Positions 17,666-25,861 of a DNA stretch of 64,000 nucleotides are shown here, one piece after another; position 1 is the stretch's first letter, and every line of letters starts with the position of its first letter. Source of the stretch: an uncultured Bacteroidales bacterium (GTDB lineage Bacteria > Bacteroidota > Bacteroidia > Bacteroidales > F082); NCBI GenBank assembly GCA_947303085.1, contig CAMYXP010000005.1, positions 71,046-135,045 on the forward strand, written 5' to 3'. The notes below the pieces were generated by a model, which saw only the letters and a list, made by a program, of their open reading frames with translations, was not told where the DNA came from and did not search any database. Made by a program: the position numbers and the translations under genes.

Positions 17666-20184
17666 TATTCTCTTCTCTTTCTAAGTATACGTCCTAACAG
17701 ACCTTCTTTTTTCTTGCTGTGTTTATGGTCGTCGTGGCCGTAATAACCGGTTCCGTAACCATAGCCGTAACCGTAGCCATAGCCGTAACCATAACCATAG
17801 CCGTAACCGCCGTAACCGTAGCTGTAACGATATCCGTAGGTTCCTGAGAACTGAATACCATTGATGATGATGTTAATCTTAATGTTACGGTCCTCCAAGT
17901 CTTTTGTGATAGAAGCGAACACTTTCTTGTTTGTGACACCCTGACGCACCACATAGCAGGTGGCATCAGCGAATTTCATAAGCAGGAAGGCATCAGTCAC
18001 AAGAGCAAGAGGCGGAGTATCGATGATGATGTAATCATATCTTTCTTTCAACTCGGCAAACATCTGTGCGCAACGGTCTGAAGCGATAAGCTCGGCCGGG
18101 TTTGGCGGCACAGGACCGGCGCAGATGATATCCAGCGACGGCAACTTGCCTGAAGGCTGAATGATCTCATCAATAGAAGCCTTGTTTGCGAGGTATGATG
18201 TGGTACCGAGTTTGTTGCTCAATCCGAACTCCTGATACAAACGAGGTTTACGCAAGTCGAAACCGATAAGCACCGTCTTCTTTCCGTAAAGCGCATAGAT
18301 TGATGCCATGTTGATGGAAATATAAGTCTTACCAACGGATGACATATCGCCAGTGATAAGAATCGTGCTCTTCTCCTGACCTTGCGTGATGTAATCGATA
18401 TTCGTTCTGATTGAACGGAACGACTCGGCAGCAGGCGACTTCGGCGAAGCGATAACCATGGTCTTTTCGCTTGAACTCGACTCAATCAGAGGAATCTGTC
18501 CGATAATCGGAAACTTGGTTGCCTTCTCAATGTCTTTGCGTTCCAAAATCTTCGTGTTTAAGAAGTCTTTCAAAAGGATATATGCCACCGGGATGAGAAG
18601 TCCGAGAATGAGAGCAACAAGATAGTTCATCATCACCTTTGGGGCAATTCGTCTAACAAGAGCCAGCTTAGCCGTATCGATGATTTCATTATCAGGAGTG
18701 TTGCTCGCCTTAAGAATCTGAGCCTCCGAACGGCGCTGCATCAAGAAGTTGTAGATGCTTTCACTGTAAGTGAACTTACGCTGATAGCCGAGGTACTGAC
18801 GCTGTGTCTCAGGCAGTTCCTTAATCTGCTCATCAAGGTCTCTGATGTTATCATTTATACCTTTGATGGTAGTTTTTGTACTATTGATAATGTTGTTGAT
18901 GTTCTCCAAAAGTGTCAGCTTGGTCTGAGCTATCTGCTGGTCAAGACTGATAACGACAGGGTTCTTGTCGGTTGAGGTGATGAGCTGTGTCTGTTTTCTG
19001 CTCGACAGGTCGACGAGGTTGCTTACGAGGCTGTTCAGCAACGGGTCCTGAATACCCATAGCGCTCGGGGCGATGAGTTTGTCAGGCTCATCGAGGTTGG
19101 CCTGGACATAGGTCTTCAAATCGGTGTAATACTTGAGGTTGAGTTCCAATTCAGCGCGGCGTTTCTCGTTGTCTTTCATGTATGTAAACAGCTGACGTGA
19201 CTGCTCATCGAGATACATGAACTCGTTGCCCTGCTGGAAGTTCTGCATGTTGACCTCTGCTTCCTCCAACGACTCCTGAATGCCAACCAACTCCTTATCG
19301 ATAAATTTGATTGTATTGTCAGAAACTCTGTTCTTGAGATCCAAATCTCTTTGAACAAACTGGTTGCACAGCTCATTCAGATAATCAGTGATCTTAGCGG
19401 CATTGGTTCCTTGAATAGTCAGTCGGAGCAATGAAGCCTGCTTGCTGATGTTCGCGACGCTCATGCTACCGCTCATCATACCAACCTGCGAAATCATGCT
19501 GTTGAGACGGAACGAGAGTTTCACTTTGCTGTCGCTGTCGACATTATAATGGCTGTTAAGAATGATACGGAATCTATTCAAACCATTGTCGATAGTGTCG
19601 CCGAAATTATATGTCTCCTCAAACTCAAATTCACCGATTTGTCCAGCATATCTATCGGTAATATAATCATATTTGCCTGCTCCCTTTGATTTGGCACTTA
19701 ATCTATACTGACCGTTGTCAAGGATTTTGACAGTATAAATCACACCTACCATCTGAGGCACCGAGTAGTCGACTTCAACAGTAAACGGATTGTCTTTATA
19801 CAATTCGTATGTCGCAAATCGGCCTTTCGCGAAGTATGAAACATTGAAATCGAGGTTTTTTAAGGCTTTTTCAGCAAGCATATATGATTGCAAAATACCG
19901 ATTTCATTATCGACATTACCATAGCTTCTGAAATTCATACCCGTCATCATTGAGGCAGCATCCATTCCCATTTTCGTCTCCTTAATGTAAATCGACGACG
20001 AAACCTGATAAACATTAGGTGTATATCTGTTATAGACATAACCTGCCATCAATGCTATGATTCCGAAAATGACAAACAAATACCAATAACTCAAAAATTT
20101 GATGATAAGGGTTTTGATATCAATAGTTTCTTCCTCCTGAGTTTTCAAAGGAGCCTGAAAATTGTTAATCTCGTTGTTATTCAT
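17665..20184 (-). CDS. wzc: Polysaccharide co-polymerase / tyrosine autokinase (Wzc/BY-kinase) with a (GY)n tail
   Basis: Wzz-like N-terminal domain with 2 TM helices and a coiled coil. Walker A ITGDMSSVGKTY, A' VLIGFDLRKP, B YDYIIIDTPP. C-terminal Tyr cluster. Confidence 0.85.
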   Translation of the reverse strand: MNNNEINNFQAPLKTQEEETIDIKTLIIKFLSYWYLFVIFGIIALMAGYVYNRYTPNVYQVSSSIYIKETKMGMDAASMMTGMNFRSYGNVDNEIGILQSYMLAEKALKNLDFNVSYFAKGRFATYELYKDNPFTVEVDYSVPQMVGVIYTVKILDNGQYRLSAKSKGAGKYDYITDRYAGQIGEFEFEETYNFGDTIDNGLNRFRIILNSHYNVDSDSKVKLSFRLNSMISQVGMMSGSMSVANISKQASLLRLTIQGTNAAKITDYLNELCNQFVQRDLDLKNRVSDNTIKFIDKELVGIQESLEEAEVNMQNFQQGNEFMYLDEQSRQLFTYMKDNEKRRAELELNLKYYTDLKTYVQANLDEPDKLIAPSAMGIQDPLLNSLVSNLVDLSSRKQTQLITSTDKNPVVISLDQQIAQTKLTLLENINNIINSTKTTIKGINDNIRDLDEQIKELPETQRQYLGYQRKFTYSESIYNFLMQRRSEAQILKASNTPDNEIIDTAKLALVRRIAPKVMMNYLVALILGLLIPVAYILLKDFLNTKILERKDIEKATKFPIIGQIPLIESSSSEKTMVIASPKSPAAESFRSIRTNIDYITQGQEKSTILITGDMSSVGKTYISINMASIYALYGKKTVLIGFDLRKPRLYQEFGLSNKLGTTSYLANKASIDEIIQPSGKLPSLDIICAGPVPPNPAELIASDRCAQMFAELKERYDYIIIDTPPLALVTDAFLLMKFADATCYVVRQGVTNKKVFASITKDLEDRNIKINIIINGIQFSGTYGYRYSYGYGGYGYGYGYGYGYGYGYGYGTGYYGHDDHKHSKKKEGLLGRILRKRRE
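17737..17841 (-). repeat. Imperfect hexanucleotide (GGCTAC-type) coding repeat giving a (YG)n tract
   Basis: The plus strand reads ...GTAACCATAGCCGTAACCGTAGCCATAGCCGTAACCATAACCATAGCCGTAACC... It encodes YGYRYSYGYGGYGYGYGYGYGYGYGYGYGTGYYG at the Wzc C-terminus. Confidence 0.85.
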
Positions 20185-20192
20185 AATACTGT

Positions 20193-21005
20193 CTACTTAG
20201 CTGAAGTTATCATAAAGAATGTTAGAACCGTTATAAGCAATGATGCCGCCGAGAAGATTGTCGAATAAGGCATTGTTGTGAATCCGTATCTCTTGAGGCT
20301 CAATGGCTCGATATAAATGATATCGTTAGGTTTAAGGAAATATTCAGGATTTTCAAGAATATCGGCGTTGTTCATGTTAACTCTCACAATCTGTGAGCCT
20401 TCAGTTGTCTGGTGAATAATCTTGACATTCCTCTTGTTGGCGAAATCGGTGGCGTTTCCTGCCAAAGCCAAAGCTTGGAACAGGTTGATGTCCGACTGAT
20501 AAACCTGATACTGACCAGGTCGTGCCACTTCACCGAGAATTGTCAGGTTAAACACACCAAGTTTCACATAAACAATAGTTTCTTTCTGGAATTCTCCGAT
20601 GATATTCTGAATCTTCTGTTGAATTTCATCAATTGTCAAGTCTTTAACATAAATCTTGCCAGCATAAGGGAAGTCAATCAAGCCCTCGTCACTCACGGTG
20701 AAACCATTGAGATAGATAGCAGGGTTACCGCTTGAATTGCCTCCACTACCAGATGACATGTTATTGCTGTTACTCATATTGAAAAACTCATTGAAGCTCT
20801 TGTCCAAGCTCGACACCCTGATGTAGAGGTTATCGCCTGGCTGCACCTTATAGTCGAAACTACGTTTGTTCAAGTACTCAATGGATGTGACACTGTCAGC
20901 CATCTGCTCTTTCTGCAAATACAAAATCTTCTTTTGTGACACGCACGATGTCATAATCGACACGACAACCGCGATAAACAAAACACTTTTAAATAACCTT
21001 TTCAT
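20193..21005 (-). CDS. wza: Polysaccharide export outer-membrane protein (Wza family)
   Basis: Lipoprotein signal (MTSC). Poly_export motif YKVQPGDNLYIRV; SLBB-like GEVARPGQY region. Confidence 0.85.
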   Translation of the reverse strand: MKRLFKSVLFIAVVVSIMTSCVSQKKILYLQKEQMADSVTSIEYLNKRSFDYKVQPGDNLYIRVSSLDKSFNEFFNMSNSNNMSSGSGGNSSGNPAIYLNGFTVSDEGLIDFPYAGKIYVKDLTIDEIQQKIQNIIGEFQKETIVYVKLGVFNLTILGEVARPGQYQVYQSDINLFQALALAGNATDFANKRNVKIIHQTTEGSQIVRVNMNNADILENPEYFLKPNDIIYIEPLSLKRYGFTTMPYSTIFSAASLLITVLTFFMITSAK

Positions 21006-21024
21006 TTATTTAAATTTTAATTAC

Positions 21025-21528
21025 TTATTTCTTATTTAAACAATTGATTTTCAAACTCTTAATCCCATATAGCGGGTCTTTTGAATATTTATTTTCAATT
21101 CTGAAATCGTAGGTTCCCCTCTCGCTGAATGTCATCTCGCTCAAAAGCGGCAACTCGTAATGATAATATCCGTCGACTTTCTCCGATTTGAAATTTCCTT
21201 CTTTATCTTTCAAACTAAACTTAAACTCTCTAGCGCGACGGGCGCCATCAGGTGAACTTATTGTAACGGCAATATAAAAAACCCCGTTGTCGTCGTCATG
21301 ATAAGGATAAATATTCGGAAACACATCCGTCACCTCAATTTCCATCACAACATCAGCAATCATTGGGGCTTTCACAACATTGTATGAAGCGTCAAGATAA
21401 TCGAAGCGGTTCCAAACCTCACCCTCAAAATCTCTCGAAAGCACGGCGCTATCTTGCTTTTCAGTGCAAGACACAAAACTTAACACAAAGATTATCAATA
21501 AGATAAATATGTTAAATTTGCCCTTCAT
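21025..21528 (-). CDS. Small lipoprotein, tentatively GldH-like
   Basis: Lipobox FVSC; 167 aa. The W..FD...F pattern and C-terminal G.YDFRIEN....PLYGIKSL resemble my recollection of GldH. Not verified. Confidence 0.35.
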   Translation of the reverse strand: MKGKFNIFILLIIFVLSFVSCTEKQDSAVLSRDFEGEVWNRFDYLDASYNVVKAPMIADVVMEIEVTDVFPNIYPYHDDDNGVFYIAVTISSPDGARRAREFKFSLKDKEGNFKSEKVDGYYHYELPLLSEMTFSERGTYDFRIENKYSKDPLYGIKSLKINCLNKK

Positions 21529-21569
21529 TATTTGAATACGCTTTTATTTTTTATATTACTCTCAATTTG

Positions 21570-21577
21570 CAAAGATA
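21570..21577 (-). promoter_or_regulatory. -7 box TATCTTTG for the lipoprotein-wza-wzc-upxY operon
   Basis: CAAAGATA on the plus strand, 42 nt upstream of the ATG at 21528. Confidence 0.5.
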
Positions 21578-21621
21578 CAATATTTTCTTAACAAAAAAAC
21601 AAAACTTTAATAAACTTTTAA

Positions 21622-21629
21622 TATTTTTG
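21622..21629 (+). promoter_or_regulatory. -7 box TATTTTTG for mrdA-rodA
   Basis: 38 nt upstream of the ATG at 21667. Confidence 0.45.
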
Positions 21630-21666
21630 TAATTGAAATAAAAACGCTTAAAAAATTCGTAACAAT

Positions 21667-23478
21667 ATGATTAAGAACAAGATAAATTATTCGCAACGCA
21701 AATATGTCATCGGCTCGATATTCATATTGGTAGCTTTTATCCTTTTGATTAAGCTTTTTATCATTCAAATTATTGACAGTTCCTACAAACAATCTTCCGA
21801 AAACAACACTCTGCGCTACATCACACAGTATCCATCGAGGGGCAAGATTTACGACCGCAACGGCAAGCTTCTCGTTTACAACGATGCTGTTTACGACTTG
21901 ATGGTGGTTCCGAATCAGGTTAAGAATATCGACACCTTGTCTTTTTGTAAATTATTGAATATCAATGATTCAATATTCAATATTTACATGAATAAGGCTA
22001 AAAAATATTCTCGCATCACCCCATCGATTTTCATCTCGCAGATTACGAAGGAGGAATACGGTCGCATTGCCGAGATGCTATACCACTATCCGGGATTTTA
22101 TTTCCAGACGCGTTCAATACGCCAGTATCCGACACCTATCGCGGCACACACCTTGGGCAGCATAGGCGAGGTGACGAAACCTGAAATGGAGCGCGACCCA
22201 TATTATCAGCTTGGCGATTACATCGGGAAATCGGGCATCGAGAAGTATTACGAGAAAGAGCTTCGTGGCACTAAAGGATTGAAAATCACTGTGGTAGACG
22301 TTCACAACCGCGAGAAGGAACGTTTCATGAACGGAGCATACGACACCTTGCCCGAAGCCGGTACCAACATCATCCTCGGTCTCGACGCCGACCTGCAGGC
22401 TTACGGCGAATACCTCATGAGTGGAAAAACAGGCTCCATCGTCGCCATCGAGCCGACAACAGGACAGATTTTGGCAATGGTCACGAGTCCTACCTACGAC
22501 CCGAACGAACTGGTCGGCCGAAAGCGTGGCATGAGATATATAGAGCTTCTCAACGACCCCGATAAGCCATTGATTAACAGAGCTATAAGCGGCACCTACC
22601 CTCCCGGCTCCACCTTCAAGATGATCAACGGCCTCGTCTCGCTTGAAAGCGGCGTGATAACAGCCAACACAGCGTATCCGTGTCATGGCCCGGAAAGCGC
22701 GCCTATCAAATGCACACACCATCACAGCTCGCCAGTGCGGCTCTACGACGCCATCGAGAACTCCTGCAACCCCTATTTCTGGCAGGCGTTTCAAGATATG
22801 ATGAACTCCAGACGCTTTGAAAATCAGAAAGAAGCGTTTCAGTTTTGGTACGACCACGTCACCAGCTTCGGTCTGGGCAGGTCGTTCAGGTCCGACATCC
22901 CGTTCACGGTGTCGGGCAACATCCCGAAGAGGGAATATTACGACAAGGTATACCGCGGCGTCTGGAATGCCATGACGGTACGCTCACTCAGCATCGGACA
23001 GGGCGAGATTCTGGTCACGCCCCTGCAGCTCGCCAACGTGGCAGCCGCCATCGGTAACGAAGGCTATTTCTATGAGCCTCACTATGTTAAGAGCTTTGGC
23101 GACAACGACAGTGTCGCTTTCGAGAAACATGTCATCGACATCAAGCAGAAGCATTTCAAAGACGTGAAAAAAGGCATGCAGAGCGTCTTCGAGGGCGAGC
23201 ACGGCACAGCCAGAATGTCGTACATCCCCGACATCACGGTGGGCGGCAAGACAGGCACGGCTGAGAACCCGCACGGCCTCGACCACTCCATCTTCATGGC
23301 GTTCGCACCTGTCGAGAACCCGCAGATTGCCATCGCAGTGGTGGTCGAAAACGCTGGCTTCGGCTCCACATGGGCAGCCCCGATAGCATCTCTCATGATA
23401 GAAAAATATATCCGTGGCTATGTCACACGATCCAACGTTGAAAAAAGAGTATTAACAATTAACGAGACAGCAAAATGA
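21667..23478 (+). CDS. mrdA: Penicillin-binding protein 2 (elongasome transpeptidase)
   Basis: RG.I.DRNG dimerisation-domain motif (RGKIYDRNGKLL); active site STFK (PPGSTFKM); SxN and KTGTA (GGKTGTAE). Confidence 0.9.
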   Translation: MIKNKINYSQRKYVIGSIFILVAFILLIKLFIIQIIDSSYKQSSENNTLRYITQYPSRGKIYDRNGKLLVYNDAVYDLMVVPNQVKNIDTLSFCKLLNINDSIFNIYMNKAKKYSRITPSIFISQITKEEYGRIAEMLYHYPGFYFQTRSIRQYPTPIAAHTLGSIGEVTKPEMERDPYYQLGDYIGKSGIEKYYEKELRGTKGLKITVVDVHNREKERFMNGAYDTLPEAGTNIILGLDADLQAYGEYLMSGKTGSIVAIEPTTGQILAMVTSPTYDPNELVGRKRGMRYIELLNDPDKPLINRAISGTYPPGSTFKMINGLVSLESGVITANTAYPCHGPESAPIKCTHHHSSPVRLYDAIENSCNPYFWQAFQDMMNSRRFENQKEAFQFWYDHVTSFGLGRSFRSDIPFTVSGNIPKREYYDKVYRGVWNAMTVRSLSIGQGEILVTPLQLANVAAAIGNEGYFYEPHYVKSFGDNDSVAFEKHVIDIKQKHFKDVKKGMQSVFEGEHGTARMSYIPDITVGGKTGTAENPHGLDHSIFMAFAPVENPQIAIAVVVENAGFGSTWAAPIASLMIEKYIRGYVTRSNVEKRVLTINETAK

Positions 23479-24731
23479 GAAGCAAAACCATAATCGGAAA
23501 GATTGATATCTGGCTGGTAATCATATACTTAGCCTTGGCGACCATCGGACTTCTCAGCATCTACGCCGCCGCTGTCAACGAGGCGCATCCGCATATCTAC
23601 GACTTCTCGCAAAACTACGGCAAACAACTGCTTTTCATAGGCGTCAGCCTCCTCGTCGGCTTTGTGATTTTGCTTATCGACGCTAAGTTTTTCAACGCTT
23701 TCGCGTACGTCTTCTACGGCTTGTCGATAGTGTGTCTGCTGCTGGTGTTGGTTGTAGGCTCAAAAATCTCCGGCTCTACCTCTTGGATTCAACTCGGGCC
23801 GATCTCATTCCAGCCTTCCGAGTTCGCCAAGTTCGGCACAGCGCTGGCTTTGGCGCATTTCTTAGGCAAGCTCGACACCGACATCACAAAACTCAAGACG
23901 CAACTCACCGCCTACGGCCTCGTCTTCCTGCCGATGCTTCTCGTCTTGGCACAAGGCGACGCCGGTTCAGCATCCGTCTTCATCATTTTCCTGCTCGTAC
24001 TCTATCGCGAAGGCATGGGCGGCAAAATATTAATTATCGGACTGGTAGCAGCGACGCTGTTTATCTTAACTCTCTGTGTATCAAAATGGTACATGATGAT
24101 TGGATTGGTGGTGCTTTACGCGTTATTCCTGCTTCTCATCGACCGCACCAAGAAAAACATCTGGCTTCTGACAGGCATCCTCATCGCAGCCTGCGCCTTC
24201 GTTTTCTCCGTCGACTTTGCCTTCAACCACATCTTGAAGCCGCATCAGCAGACACGTATCAACATCATTTTGGGCAAGGAACACGACATAAAAGGCGTCG
24301 GTTATAATCTGAATCAGTCAATGATTGCTATAGGTTCGGGAGGTTTTTCAGGCAAAGGCTACCTCAACGGCACCATGACGAAATACAACTTCGTGCCAGA
24401 GCAGCACACCGACTTCATTTTCTGCACCGTGGGCGAGGAAACAGGCTTCGTCGGATGCTTCGTTGTAATCAGTCTTTACCTCGCTTTAATATTGAGGATC
24501 ATGCACTTAGCTGAACGACAACGCTCGCCGTTCAGCCGAATCTATGGCTATGGCATAGCATGTATTTTCTTCTTCCATTTTGCCATAAATATAGGAATGA
24601 CAATAGGATTAGTGCCTGTCATCGGCATCCCACTGCCATTCCTAAGTTACGGAGGTTCAAGCCTTTTGATGTTCTCGATGATGATATTCGTGTTCCTGAA
24701 GCAAGATGCCAACAGGATGAATATCCTTTAA
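23475..24731 (+). CDS. rodA: Rod shape-determining protein RodA (SEDS family)
   Basis: Polytopic membrane protein; QPSEFAK and GIPLPFLSYGGSS SEDS motifs; 4-nt overlap with mrdA. Confidence 0.9.
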   Translation: MRSKTIIGKIDIWLVIIYLALATIGLLSIYAAAVNEAHPHIYDFSQNYGKQLLFIGVSLLVGFVILLIDAKFFNAFAYVFYGLSIVCLLLVLVVGSKISGSTSWIQLGPISFQPSEFAKFGTALALAHFLGKLDTDITKLKTQLTAYGLVFLPMLLVLAQGDAGSASVFIIFLLVLYREGMGGKILIIGLVAATLFILTLCVSKWYMMIGLVVLYALFLLLIDRTKKNIWLLTGILIAACAFVFSVDFAFNHILKPHQQTRINIILGKEHDIKGVGYNLNQSMIAIGSGGFSGKGYLNGTMTKYNFVPEQHTDFIFCTVGEETGFVGCFVVISLYLALILRIMHLAERQRSPFSRIYGYGIACIFFFHFAINIGMTIGLVPVIGIPLPFLSYGGSSLLMFSMMIFVFLKQDANRMNIL

Positions 24732-25822
24732 ATTCCGAGAGATATATTCAAGCCTTTCGCTGTCCTTATCAAGTCGCAATCCGGCTCGACGAAGTTCATC
24801 TTCGCCACGGCGTCTTTGATTGGCACGCTTATCACATGCGGGTGACGATAAGCCACCATGTGGCCGTATTCCTTGTTCAAAACCATCTCGAACGCCTTCA
24901 CGCCGAACTGTGATGCCAGCACACGGTCGTAAGCGATAGGCACGCCGCCGCGCTGCAGGTGACCGAGCGTGGTCTCACGCATATCGTGTTCAAAGCCAGC
25001 GGCTTTCATCTGCTCGATGAACTTCACTCCAATGCCGCCGAGCTTCACGTTCTCGTATCCTGGCTCGTTGCTCTTGGTGAAGATCTGCGTGCCGTCTTTC
25101 GGCTTCGCGCCCTCACTGATTACCACGATGGCATGGCCTCTGTCGTTGTGGAAACGCTCCTCGAGACGTTTTTTCACTATATTGACATCATAAGGGAACT
25201 CAGGCAACAGACAAACCTCGGCACCGCCGGCAATTGCTGCGTTCAGCGCAATCCAGCCAGCGTCACGTCCCATGACTTCGAGCACAAACACGCGGTTATG
25301 AGATGCCGCTGTTGTGACGAGCTTATCCACTGCTTCGGTGGCAATCTGCACTGCAGTCTGGAAACCGAAGGTGCAGTCGGTCATCGAGAGGTCGTTGTCG
25401 ATGGTCTTCGGCACTCCAATGATGTTCAAACCCTTCTCGTAGAGCTTCTGCGAAATCCTTTGTGAGCCGTCGCCACCGATGTTGATGACACAGTCGACGC
25501 CCATGTATTCCAGTCGGCGGATCATCTCGTCTGAACGGTCGACGATTTCCCATGTGCCGTCGTTTTTCTTTACTGGCCAGCTGAACGGACCGCCTTTATT
25601 GGTTGTCTCGATTATTGTGCCGCCACGGAAATGTATTCCGCGCACTGTTTCAGGTGTGAGACGCACTATCTCCTGCGGCTCCCACAGCACTCCGTTGAAT
25701 GCCTGTATGCTGCCGAGGACTTCCCAGTCGGTCTCCTGCGAAGCACGCTTCACGATAGCGCGAATCACCGCATTGAGGCCCGGACAGTCGCCACCACCAG
25801 TCGTTATAAGTACTCGTTTCAT
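24728..25822 (-). CDS. pfkA: 6-phosphofructokinase (probably ATP-dependent: GGDGS motif)
   Basis: TTGGGDCPGLNAVIR, IGGDGSQ, PKTIDNDL, MGRDAG motifs. Confidence 0.9.
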   Translation of the reverse strand: MKRVLITTGGGDCPGLNAVIRAIVKRASQETDWEVLGSIQAFNGVLWEPQEIVRLTPETVRGIHFRGGTIIETTNKGGPFSWPVKKNDGTWEIVDRSDEMIRRLEYMGVDCVINIGGDGSQRISQKLYEKGLNIIGVPKTIDNDLSMTDCTFGFQTAVQIATEAVDKLVTTAASHNRVFVLEVMGRDAGWIALNAAIAGGAEVCLLPEFPYDVNIVKKRLEERFHNDRGHAIVVISEGAKPKDGTQIFTKSNEPGYENVKLGGIGVKFIEQMKAAGFEHDMRETTLGHLQRGGVPIAYDRVLASQFGVKAFEMVLNKEYGHMVAYRHPHVISVPIKDAVAKMNFVEPDCDLIRTAKGLNISLGI

Positions 25823-25845
25823 TATACTATTTATATTCTGTTTTG

Positions 25846-25853
25846 CAAATTTA
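25846..25853 (-). promoter_or_regulatory. -7 box TAAATTTG for pfk
   Basis: CAAATTTA on the plus strand, 24 nt upstream of the ATG at 25822. Confidence 0.45.
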
Positions 25854-25861
25854 CAACTTTT

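Noticed and set aside
17737-17841. Possible CRISPR or other spaced-repeat array.
   Set aside because: The tract is a contiguous 6-nt coding microsatellite with no spacers. No CRISPR-like repeat-spacer structure or cas genes appear anywhere in the window.
17694-17966. 90-aa ORF rich in TAVTAM repeats.
   Set aside because: This is an alternative frame of the (GY)n-coding hexanucleotide repeat inside wzc, so it is a repeat artefact.
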